Part shown: one piece after another, positions 52,975-64,000 of the stretch
Position numbering within the stretch: the first letter of the stretch is position 1
Layout of the letters: every line of letters begins with the position of its first letter
NCBI GenBank assembly: GCA_026914245.1
Contig: CP110439.1
Span: 4,960,001-5,024,000, forward strand
DNA from: Puccinia triticina
Lineage: Eukaryota
Direction: 5' to 3'
Length of the DNA stretch: 64,000 bases
Made by a program: the position numbers and the translations under genes
Notes under the pieces: model-generated
Database searches by the model: none
Seen by the model: only the letters and a program-made list of their open reading frames with translations
Told to the model about the DNA's origin: nothing

Positions 52975-54054
52975 TGTGGAAATCCTAAAAGATCAGGAAA
53001 GAGCTGTGAGGGGAAATAGTCAACTACACTACTAATCATGTAGAAGAGGCTACAGGTGCTGGTGAGGCTGCCCTCTTGACTAATGCTGATGGAGAGAGGG
53101 TTACACTAAGGCCCCGTTTGGCTGCTGCGTTATACTTCATAAATCGTGTAATTTATGACGCCGCGACCCAAAGTTCGCCCCCCATTGCCACCAAAACTTT
53201 GAAACCCCCGGGGGTTGCGCGTCATAAATTTGACCATTTATGACGTATAACGCGGCAGCCAAATGGGGCCTAAGAAAAAGAAAAGGGTGTGGCTGACGAT
53301 TCTCTTTGACTTAGATGGCTTTAACACTAATGGGTTTGAGGTGTATCAATCCTACTGAGTGAGAGAGGAGAAGTGAGATGGAGAGAAAAGCAGAAGCTCT
53401 TGGGGAGTCACTCTGAGATGTGTAATGAGATATATGCTGGGGGATATATTTCTGAGGGGTGAAATGTTATATAAGTGAGGTGTGTGAAGGTACTACTGAG
53501 TGTATGTGGGGGAAGGTGCATACAAAGTGTAGTGGGTGAAAGTGCATGATGGGGATACAACATCTAGAGGGGTGTTTATATATGTGAGAGGTACTACAGG
53601 GGGGTGATACATGATGAGCACATAGTAACAATATCTGAAGATGAGCAGTAATGATGAAGGTGCAATGACCAAGGAGTGTACATGAAAGGTAACTATGTAG
53701 AATATGAAATAATGATGAGCATTTGGTAATAACTACAAGAGCTATGAAGGAATGTACTGCTGATTCATATGAAGGGGAAAATGAGTAATGAAGTTATGTA
53801 AGATCTGCAGTCCTATGTAGCTATGATACTAATGAATGATGTATGTAATAATGCTAAGGATATGTATGAAGAAAATACCTGTCAAAACTATACATGCCAA
53901 TAACTGCTGATCCATTTGGAAATCCTAGGTAGAATGGGTGGGTGACTAGGGGTAAAATGGGGTTTAGAATCTGAATATGAAGTAATAATGAGGTATTTAT
54001 GAAGGGTTTAGGTGATATGAGGGTGATAGTATGAACAGGAACAGGGTTACCACA
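52975..54054. mobile_element. Solo LTR (about 1.1 kb including a MITE)
   Basis: TGTGG...CCACA ends, 4-bp TSD CCGG; removal restores the host repeat CAGACCGGTCATCAAG. Confidence 0.78.
53110..53270. mobile_element. Tourist-like MITE
   Basis: TIR GGCCCCGTTTGGCTGC / GCAGCCAAATGGGGCC, TSD TAA. Confidence 0.9.
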
Positions 54055-55824
54055 CCGGTCATCAAGAGGGTTGTATCCCCTCAATGACCGGTGCAGACCT
54101 GTTATTGAGTGGGTTGTATACCCTTGATGGCTATTCTATGCCAGCAATCAAGAGGGTTGTATGCTCTCAATTGTGTGAAGCCCCCGCACACCGCGGGGTT
54201 TCACAAGGAGATGTCACAGCACCTAGGCTACATCAACCCGTGCCTCCCTCCACGTCCTAGCCGGCAGAGATCCCTGCTCCCACATCTCTCCCGGCTAGGT
54301 AAGCAAGCACATTCCTCTTTATCTCGTTGTTTCCTTTTCCCTCTCTATTCCTCCTTCAAAACCCATCATGTACTGAGAGATCCCTGCTCCCACATCTCTC
54401 CCGGCTAGTTCTTTCCTCTCACTTGAAATACCAGCCCCGTGAACTAGAGCTGCCTCAAGCCTTGTGCCACCTTTGAGCCACTCTCCCCTAGATCAGTGAA
54501 GGACTCCTATTCAGAGTCCTTACACTTTTTTTTTCTAGTTCACCTTGAATCGACTCCTCTCGATTCACTCCCAGCAAAGCAAAAGAACAAAAACAAATTT
54601 TTTTTTTCTCAAAGAAAAAGACCAGCCTTCCGAGTCTTCACCTCATCAATCGCCTTCCTCTTACGCCTTCTTTAGGCTCCCTTTTTTTTCCCTTCCCTGC
54701 CACCAAAGACCTCTTCTCTTCCTTACTTCCCTTCTGAACCATCAAAGGATCCACATCTTAGTCTTTGACTCCATCGCCACCTTTCTTTTATGAGCACCCG
54801 GCAATCGAATACCGAACCCCTCATCCCAATCACCGACCCTGAGAAGCTCGCTTGGGAAATCCGCAAGCGGTCCCGACTAGAAGCTGCCCAACCATCCTTA
54901 CCTCCCTCGAACTCGGAACCCACCCCAGGCCCCAAAGACACGTCCTCGCCTTTGGATCATCTCCTATCAGTCACGACCTCGATGAACTTCCCGTCCAGCT
55001 CTTCCAACCAGCCCCCGGCAGATGACCCCGGGGCCATGTCATCGACCGAGCTGCTGAATGCGATCATGATCATCCAACAGAACACAGCAAAACAACTTCT
55101 GGCCACCCAGACCCAAGTCTCCGAAGCTCAGCGGATCGCTCAAGAGGCCATTGCGCAAGCCCGTGCCGACCTACAAGCTGTCCAGAAGCAAGCCCGGGCG
55201 GATGGCAAGGCCGCCCATGAGCAAGCTAGAGCCGACCAAGAAGCGAGCGCCGCCCGCTTCCAAGCTCTTGAGTCACACAACGCTACAAGCATCTTCAAGG
55301 ACGAGTCGACCCCTTGACTGGCCTCAGGTCGCATTGACCTCCAAAAGTTTAGGGTCTCCGACGGCCCCGCCTTTAAAGGACCGTTCCAAGACGTGGAACC
55401 TTTCCTTCGATGGATCCGAGGGGTCCAAATTTTCTACGCCATGAAAGAAGTCACTCACGCGGACGACAAACGCCTAATTCTTGGCGGGCTCATTGCCGAA
55501 ACCAACCTGCTCTCCTTCTATGCCAACGAGTCACCAAAATACGCTGGCAAGACATGGGACGAGTTTAGAGCTTGTCTCTTCGAATTTGCGCTCCCAACTG
55601 AGTGGCGCACCGAACTCAAACGCAGGGTCAACCAACTCAAGATGGCGGAGACCGAGACATTCCTTGAATTCAGCACCCGCGCCAGAACGATCCAATCTCT
55701 TCTCAACTTCGACAAACACACTCTTGACGACTTCGACCTTGCCGAGGCAGTCACCTTTGGGCTGCCTGACCTCCTTCAAGTATAGATTAGCAACCATCGA
55801 GCCATCGTGAGCACTGGCTTCAAG

Positions 55825-56301
55825 CAACACTGGGTCGCTACGCTAACCATAGCGGTTAGCGTAGCGTAGCGCAGCGCAAATGCGCTATTTTTTAGCGTAG
55901 TGTTAGCGCAATTGCACGCATATGCGCTAACGCTACGCGCAAAGGGTGCGCAGCTATTTTAGCTGATAGAGTAGCGTTAGCGCAGATGCGCGCAATTGCG
56001 CTAACGCTAAACATGCAGGGCGCAAAAGAGCGCGCGCTACGCTGCGCTACAGCGCCTTTAGCGGGAAAAAAGGGATTTTTTTCCGCTAAAAGCGCTGTAG
56101 CGCAGCGCAGCGTAGCGTAGCGACTGTAGCGGCGCGCTAACGCTAACAAAGAATTGGCGCGCTGTTAGCGCCGCTGAAAATTAGCGTAGCGTAGCGGCGC
56201 TAACAGCGCGCTAACGCTATGCAAAATAGCCGGGCGCTTTTTGCCGTTACGCTAACGCGTAGCGCTGAAATAGCGTAGCGTAGCGTAGCGACCCAGTGTT
56301 G
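55825..56301. mobile_element. TAGCG-repeat MITE with 7-bp TSD
   Basis: TIR CAACACTGGGTCGCTACGCTA / TAGCGTAGCGACCCAGTGTTG, TSD CTTCAAG. Confidence 0.92.
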
Positions 56302-56672
56302 CTTCAAGTACGGGGAATTCGAAAGCCGCACCAGCGGGTTTTACATCAGCCTTATCAAGGAATCCGCCCTTTGACTGCGCCCCACTCCAACCGCCCACAA
56401 TCGAACAGGAGGGGGTCGTGGGATCAACGAGGATCACCTTTGGCGAATCAATTCCTACCTCGACAGCATTGGGAAATGCCATTTCTGCAAGAAACACTGC
56501 GGCAGCCCCGTAGGGGCGTGCCCCGGCCCAATCGATTGAACCCGAGTAGAAGTCCCTCCCTCTTTTGTCACCCCTCCCAGGCCAAACAACTACATCGGGC
56601 CCAATGCGTGGACCAAGGGACAAGCGGCCAACCGAGGCGGTGCAGGAAAACCCACTGGTCGCCCAGCTGGAG

Positions 56673-57138
56673 CAACAGTGGGTCAGCTACGCTAACAAAG
56701 CTGTTAGCGTAGCGTAGCGCAGCGCAAATGCGCTATTTTTTAGCGTAGTGTTAGCGCAATCGCGCGCATCTGCGCTAACGCTACGCGCGCAGGGTGCAAA
56801 GATATTTTATCTTTTAGCGTAGCGTTAGCGCAGATTTGCGCAATGGCGCTAACGCTAAGCACGCAGGGCGCAAAATAGCGTTCGCTACAGCGCTTTTTGA
56901 GGCAAAAAAGGCCGTTTTTCCGCTAAAAGCGCCTTAGCGCAACGTAGCGCAGCGTAGCGGCTGTAGTTTAGCGCTAATGCTAAACAAAAATTGGCGTGCT
57001 GTTGGCGCCGCTGAAAATTAGCGCAGCGTAGCGGCGCTAACAGCACGCTAACGCTATTCAAAAAAGGCCAGCGCTTTTTGCCGCTATGCTAAACGTTAGG
57101 GCTAAAATAGCGTAGTTTAGCGTAGCGGCCCACTGTTG
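56673..57138. mobile_element. TAGCG-repeat MITE with 7-bp TSD
   Basis: TIR CAACAGTGGG / CCCACTGTTG, TSD GCTGGAG. Confidence 0.92.
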
Positions 57139-58597
57139 GCTGGAGTGGCGGCGTTATCCGAGGCGGCCCCTGACCTGGACGAGCTCTCGGCCTCCTGTGT
57201 AGCCCAGATCGACGGCCAAGCGGAGGCCTCCCTCCTCGGCTATGATAACCCTCTTGAAGAAATCCACACCAAACACAAATTAGCGGCATTGGCGGGCGAC
57301 CCGGACGCGGCAACCATCACCGAAGGCTCCCGCCCCCTCAGCGACGACAAGCTCATTCCGGACAATCAGATTACCTTCCGCTGCGGGTCCCTCCTTGGGG
57401 ACCTCCTCTCTGAGGACCCAGCTGGGGACAGGTATGTCCCTGTCCCTCCCCGCAGCTTTCATCGATTGCATGCGGGGAGATGCTTACGCAATCCGCCTTT
57501 GACAGCTCTCCGGACCCTTAAATGCCCCCCTCGACGCCCTTCAAGTCCAACTTTTTAAAGTCGGCCCCCACGGCCACCTCCCCCAGCCCCCCCAACCCCA
57601 ATCCCCATTCTCCTTCACACCCCTTCCCCGTGTTTCCTTCTTCCTTCCTCCTTTTTCCCCGACCCGCCAACACTCAACTACCCCAGGAGCCCCCAGACCA
57701 TCAACAACGGTTTTTGACCTGAACCCCCCTTGTTTCTTATAGGGGGGGAGACTGTGAAGCCCCCACACATCGCGGGGTTTCACAAGGAGATGCCACAGCA
57801 CCTAGGCTACATCAACCCGTGCCTCCCTCCACTTCCTAGCCGGCAGAGATCCCTGCTCCCACATCTCTCCCGGCTAGGTAAGCAAGCACATTCCTCTTTA
57901 TCTCGTTGTTTCCTTTTCCCTCTCTATTCCTCCTTCAAAACCCATCATGTACTGAGAGATCCCTGCTCCCACATCTCTCCCGGCTATTTCTTTCCTCTCA
58001 CTTGAAATACCAGCCCCGTGAACTAGAGCTGCCTTGAGCCTTGTGCCACCTTCGAGCCACTCTCCCCTAGATCAGTTAAGGACTCCTATTCAGAGTCCTT
58101 ACAAATTGCTGGTCTGTACCGGCAATCAAGAGGGTTTGGTTCTCTCAATGAATGGCATGGACCAGCCATCAAGAAGTTTTCTGCTCTCAATGGCCGGTCA
58201 GTCCCAGTCATCAAGAGAAATGGTAGTGTGTACACCATTAATCTTTGGAGTTCACAGGGTCCCACTCCAAATAAATTGGAGTGGCTAGCTTTGCACTCCA
58301 AAAACCAATATTTATTGGAGTGCACTACCAAAAAGTAGTGCACATGGTAATTTTTGGTAGTGTGTAAAGCATTAACCTAGAAAAAAAAAACTCAAGGAGA
58401 GGTAAGGGTTTTTTGAGACTCTGGAGTAGTTTCTACACTAAGTCTATATCCATGAAGGCAACATACACTGGAAGAAATATGAAATGTAGGACTAATTTTA
58501 GGTCTCTTGCTTTTCAGATGGCTTGTTGGCCTTGATCCAATCTCAAAGACATATTAATACCTAAACCAATTCTTCTTGAGGACATATTAATACCTAA

Positions 58598-58757
58598 GGC
58601 CCCATTTGGCTGCCGTGTTATACATGATAAATGTGCAAATTTATCACGCGCAACCCAAAGTTCACCCCCCGTCTCCACCAAAAACTTTGACCTCCCGGGC
58701 GTCGCACGTGATAAATAAGCCCATTTATCATGTATAACGCGGCAGCCAAACGGGGCC
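58598..58757. mobile_element. Tourist-like MITE
   Basis: TIR GGCCCCATTTGGCTGCCG / CGGCAGCCAAACGGGGCC, TSD TAA; closely related to 53110-53270. Confidence 0.9.
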
Positions 58758-59188
58758 TAAACCAATTCTTTGTTCAGGTGCATTTGATAGTTTTCAAGAA
58801 CCCACCCAACTGTAGAGAAATATGATTCAGAAGCCACTGAGGGTTTTGGGATGATTATTATTTCCCTGGTGACCTCAGATAGTGACGTGAACCAGGCCGA
58901 GCTATAGGAATAACTCTTGGGCCACACTAGTTAGAACAAGTCCAAATAATTCATATCTTTTTTGATGAAAGAGTAGAATACAAAATATGGGCAATCATCC
59001 ATGGCCCATCAAGATTTCTAGTAATTATCTTCCAGCAGATGGAATACTAGCATAATAGTAGCAGCAGGTAACAACAATAGTTATGCTACTCAAATGACTC
59101 CACCCAAACAGGTGGTATTCTTGACTAAAAATAAATTAATCCCTAAACAAAGATCTCTATGATGTTGCACAGGAGGCCAATCATACTC

Positions 59189-62100
59189 TCACAGTTTTTT
59201 TCTTAGTTTTAATGTTTTGCACAGAAGGGTCATCATGATCTTCCAGTATTGTTCATCATTCTTGAAGCAATGAGTCCAATAACCATTGGCATGATTGTGA
59301 TTTTTATACCAATGACCAATGAGAGCAAGTGATATCCAAAAAACCATGTAACTTGAATGCTGTGTGGAAATGTAGTCAATCAATTCTTTTTGAATTGTAT
59401 CAAAATTTGATGCCAAAGATATCTGTGTTTTAGTTTTATCCATTGTCATGATTGTTCCAACAAGAGGATAATTTCTGAGTCCTGGCTGAAGTATGATGTT
59501 ATAGAGCCATTTGGAAAAGGCCTCATGTGCATTTTCAATTTGCTGGATTTGAAATGAGGTGAGATAATCTAGTAAGTGGTGGTGGCACAGTTGCAAATGG
59601 AAGAGCAAATATTCTATCTTTGACACCAAGTCATTCATATAAATTTCCTTTTGATTTTTGTGCACAATTCTGATGGTGAATTTTCTTGCTAGGATATTGA
59701 CCATTTCTTCTTCAAGCAATACTGGAAGGTTGTACATTGACCAGCTTTTGCATGGTTTGAAAGGCAGCCAAGGCTTTTGTTCCTTGAAAGCTGTCATGAT
59801 CAGGGTTTCATGTTCTCCCAAAATGACTGGTTTAGATAAAAATTTGGCTGGTAAAAGTAGATGTGGCAGATCACTCAAGCTGGGAACTGTGAAGTTTTCT
59901 ATGTGGAAGCTTGGTTTGTGATCTTTTGATGATTTGTCAAGATATGGTCGCACAAGATTGTCAGCTTGCCATAGAGAGAAAGTTGCCTCCAATACAAGTG
60001 ATTGTATAGTTTGAAACAACTGTGGTCCATCCTCCAAAAGCTGTGCCTGTGAATTATTGTTGAGATGTTTGTGCCAAGCCTGGAAAATGGAAATAGAAGT
60101 CCTGAGGCAGTTTTCTGTTGATGGCTTCTGGCTAAGATAGTCCAAAAGCGACGCCTGGAGGTGCCCAAACACCTTGCCATCTGATGCCTGGCCTTCTCCT
60201 GGTAGCATTGACTCTGTAACTACTCCCATTACTGGATAACCGCCGCCGGGCGGATGGAAAACCTCTTCCCAAAGCCAATTAGTCAGTCGGACGTGAGAAG
60301 TCTTCTCGGCTTCCAAGTTGGCCCCTGCAATGTTTTCCATTCTCAACATGGCCGTATTGATGAAGATGATCCAGGCTATTAATTGGTTGAACATATGACA
60401 CAATCCACGTGGCACTTTGGTTCTTGATCCACTTCGAAAAGTCTGGTTGATTACCCGAATAATCGAGGGTCGAGATGAGTTCTTATGGAAAGGTGAAAAG
60501 ATAACAGCCGGAAAACCGTTGACTTGAACGCGATCGTAAATTGTGACCTTGTGGTCGTCAAATTGTTTTCGGATCTCAGTACCAAATTTTTCTGTGAACT
60601 GTTGCAAGAATGGGGGGCTCATGCTGTTCTTAGGATAAGACGTGAGTTCGAGTTGCTCTTTGAGCTCTTTGAGAAAACCCATTGAAAAACCTGAATGTTC
60701 CATTATGTAGTTTTCATTTTGCTTGGCTTGTGTGACTGGCCGTTCAGCCTGGCCGGTTGCGGCGTTCATCTCGTTTTCGCTATGGCGAATATTATCAACC
60801 ACTAGGACATGTGGATCGGGGACGTGCTCAAAAACCTTCTCGCTGCGGCTGGGATTTGAAGATTCGGAGGTTAAATGCAGCATTTGGGCTGGATTCAAGC
60901 CGCACAAGAAAGAAGTTAGGCTCAAATCTCAGCCAGAGTAGTGCTACTCGATTTCTTACTCACGGTGAGCTTCCTCGGTGTGTTCAGCAGGTCGAAGAAC
61001 AGGTACCAGGGATTTGGATCTAGGATGATGTCCATTGTTCTGTATTTCCTCGGTGACGTTTTCATAATCAACAGACAATCTCAAATTGTCGTTATTTGAG
61101 CCGTGCTCATGAAAATCTTCGCTTTCGGCGTCTCTCGGGGTTGGAGCTTCTGAATCGAGTTCAATAATCGGAGCTGAAAATGAATCACACGCGATGTAAA
61201 TAAACATGTTCAGTAAGCAAAGCTTGACAAGATACATGATCCTGACTTACAATGCCTCTCCTCGTGGTACTCCACATTGAGATCCAGTAGCTGAGGCATT
61301 AAATGGGCCTGATCAACATGGTGCCCGTGGGCGCGGCTCGGCAGGAAAGATGGCCAAGTAAAATCGTCCATCGGAGCTGAACAAGCATGTTTTTAACCCC
61401 GATCACAAGAGATACAGATATATGTACATGAAGATTTTGACTTACCACTGTTGTGGTTCACAGAAGATCCCAGTACCTTAACAGGTCTTGCCAGCCGTTG
61501 TTCTAAGGCTTGAGAGCCTTGTGGGACATGATAGTCTTCAGAGTCAGATGGCCACGAGGCCGAAGACGCAGCCGAATCCCCGCTGCTTGAGCCCAACTGA
61601 AAATTGGACGGAGAAGGAAGATGAGATTCTGATCCTGATGGCAAAGTTGAGTGATGCCCCTCCTTGACGCCTGGGAAGTATGGGGTGTTGGTCCGAGCAG
61701 GTGAGAAAGAGTGTGATGACTGGTCGAAAGTTAGTGGTTTGATTGAAGGCTGTTGATAGGCTTCCGCCTGGCTATCGAGCCCTCCTAAACCTGGAACCCG
61801 CGCCCAAGAGGCTTGGATAAATACAGCGGACATTTGGAGGGTAGGATCCATGGGCACAGTGAAGGATGCGGCATGCTTACTTTGCCACGCGGTCAAGAAC
61901 CACTGCTCAAGTTCAGTTGGCGATGAGCCTCCTAGACGAACGGTAGGATTCAAATGATCCATGGTGCCTTCTTGATTTTTTTTTCGTTTTCCTGCATTCG
62001 ATCCCAGTTTTTCTTCTTGAAGAATATCTGGCGTCAAGATGTCAGTTTGAGTTTAACCACCCCGCAGCATTTGTCAGCCTGGATTGAAATATCAGCACAC

Positions 62101-62413
62101 TATTCTGTTTGCCATCAGATCCCTTATCGCGTTCCATAGTCGAGAGGTGTGGCGATGTTTGGCCCGCGTGTTGCTGATCCTGGCCCAACAGTCGCTTTCG
62201 ATTCGACAGTTTCTCTTGAAAGTTGGGACTCGGAGGTGCGTCTGGACCAAGCGAAAAACTGTTCCCTTCGGAGCCTCGGGCCTGACTGTTTGAGTCGAGG
62301 TTAAGGGGGATGGTGGCATCATGGTCTGGTAAACCTTCCAGGAGCGGCCTGGCCAGAGCCTTGGAACCAATTATGAGCCACCCCACTTGCAGGAGAGAGA
62401 GTGAGGCAAACAT
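59189..62413 (-). CDS. Large lineage-specific putative secreted protein, multi-exon
   Basis: Signal-peptide-like start MFASLSLLQVGWLIIGSKALA-RP, collinear minus-strand ORFs separated by short intron-like gaps, 578-aa terminal ORF; exon boundaries not fully resolved. Confidence 0.7.
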
Positions 62414-62559
62414 TTTCGAAGAATTCTGAGTTGCGAGTGGGCGGTCCCCAGCGCAGGGCGATAAGCGCCGTTACGGACACACTCAGGTCCATTTGTCATG
62501 CGTTGCAGCCGGACGTGGGTATGTGGAATCTCTCGCCGCCCGAGTGTAACGTTTCCGAT

Positions 62560-62930
62560 ATTAACCAGAGTTTTGTGGAAAAAAAATGAAGGGTTTCCCC
62601 TATTTTTTATCCACACAACAACAAAGAAAGGGTTCTCCCTATCTTTTAATCACAAAAAAGCAAAAAAGGCCTTCCTCATCTGAGGAGAGCCTCCACAAAA
62701 AACACAACCTAGCCCAACACCAGCCAAAGCTGCTGCACCCTGCAGGCCCATACTGCCGCCCAACTCACCGGATGGGTCAAACATTATGTCAGGAAGGCCC
62801 TCAGCAGCGCGGTGGCAATTTGCTAAGTGGGGGCCATCTCTTTAACACCCCAGACTGTGCAAATGCATATGCAGCAGCGGGGGAGCCTTAGACGCACAGC
62901 CTGCTGGAATTACAGACAAAACAGATGCGC
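62560..62930 (+). mobile_element. Helitron-family 5' fragment
   Basis: AAGGGTTTCCCC motifs and CAGACTGTGCAAATGCA..GCTGGAATTACAG resemble 30380-30720; boundaries approximate. Confidence 0.5.
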
Positions 62931-64000
62931 CTGGGGGGAGAACCTGACTGGCCAGCTCGCAGTCTTATATAGCCTAGCCCCCGCGGCTCACGGGCCTCTG
63001 GATTTGATTTGGACTTACCTCCAGGTTCACAACAACAACCCCACCAAGATGACCAAGGCAACATCACCACCGCCATCAATATGTGGTCCCCAGGTATACA
63101 TAACTACTGACATTGCTGAACCAGTTACTCCCATTTTGAGTTGTCCATACCTCAAGCGCAGCAAACAATCCATTCCACCCTACCCTCACCAACCATCCAG
63201 GAAAACCACCAACACCACCACCGCCACTGCCATGCCACTGCAGGCTTGCACCATCCCCCCACATTGGGGGGATGGTTCAGCAGGGTGGTCTCCATGATGG
63301 CAAACACTGCGTAATGGTCAGCTTTTTGCCAAGCTCATTGTGCAGAATGGTTGAATACTAACAGTTAATTGCAGAACGGAAAGACTCTACATTGTAGGGT
63401 TCAAGGCCAGCCATACCAACCTCTTCTATCCCGCTACCTCAATCAATCTTGCCAAGCTGGCCAATGACCATGCCGTCAGGAAAGACAACCTTGTCATTGT
63501 CAAGGCTGATCTTGGCAAGGTTGTACACGACCATGTCTTGATCAAGCAGGTCATAAAGTTCCAGACCCAGCAGCAGGAACTACTTCAAGCCCTGCCAACC
63601 AACAGTATCCCCCCACTCTGGGCCCAGCTGCTGGAATCCTCAACCATGCCATTGTCACTGCAACTGCTCTCTCCCAAGTCCCACTGATACAAAGCAGGCC
63701 GTTGATTGCCATTGATTTGGTTGATGAAGCAGCTTCTGCTTTGAAATTTCCAAGGGACAGTCAACCAGAAGCTGTCAACAGACTTGAGTGTGAGAAGCAT
63801 CAGATAGGAGTTGAAGCCCACACCTTGGCTAAGGAAAACGTAAGTGCAAAAATTCCCTGGTGCTGTCGCGCAACCAATGATCAGCTTGGTCACCCCGCCA
63901 AACCTCTCCTGTCTGCTCTTGACCAAGACCAAACTTTGCTCTAATGGCAGTAATAGGATCTGTGGATGGCGCCCCTTTACACCCCTACATCAGATCACAA

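Larger units (their letters stand above)
54174..58103 (+). mobile_element. Non-autonomous gag-only LTR retrotransposon (gypsy-like)
   Basis: 351-bp LTRs at 54174-54524 and 57753-58103, TSD AATTG, purine tract AGGGGGGGAG; interior holds only a disrupted gag-like frame from 54790 with CHFCKKHC; no PR/RT/IN motifs. Confidence 0.9.
51795..58362. mobile_element. CACTA-type foldback element with about 40-bp internal repeats, host to nested insertions (left boundary approximate)
   Basis: Right end TTTTTGGTAGTG (reverse complement CACTACCAAAAA); 58200-58325 is the inverted counterpart of 51853-51920 plus 52540-52600; the array CAACCCTCTTGATGACCGG.. resumes on both sides of each insertion. Confidence 0.7.

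Noticed and set aside
63300..64000. Coding-like sequence at the window end
   Set aside because: Interrupted frames with no recognisable motif; possibly a decayed TE continuing beyond the window.

Overview
Eukaryotic fungal genomic DNA, intron-rich and transposon-dense. Gene structure, protein style and TE families point to a rust fungus (Pucciniales, probably Puccinia; inference). Host genes: RVB2 and PEX10 (divergent pair); two convergent PIC2/SLC25A3-type mitochondrial phosphate-carrier paralogs flanking an intron-containing tRNA-Met(CAT), one copy carrying an 8-nt frameshift; PEX19; ADA2; a large lineage-specific secreted protein; a decayed Cys-rich secreted-protein pseudogene; and a 58-aa six-cysteine secreted-peptide gene missed by the ORF track. 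A large share of the window is nested TEs, many with boundaries and target-site duplications (TSDs) readable to the base: a hAT inside a hAT, two copia elements, a gag-only LTR element with a putative self-priming site, Helitrons, CACTA foldbacks, Tourist-like MITEs and four TAGCG-rich MITEs with 7-bp TSDs. The most unusual feature is the small peptide gene: its single intron holds a near-perfect 171-bp inverted copy of its own 5'UTR, exon 1 and splice donor, a candidate built-in hairpin-RNA silencing allele of an effector-like gene. All calls are from manual reading; no searches were run.
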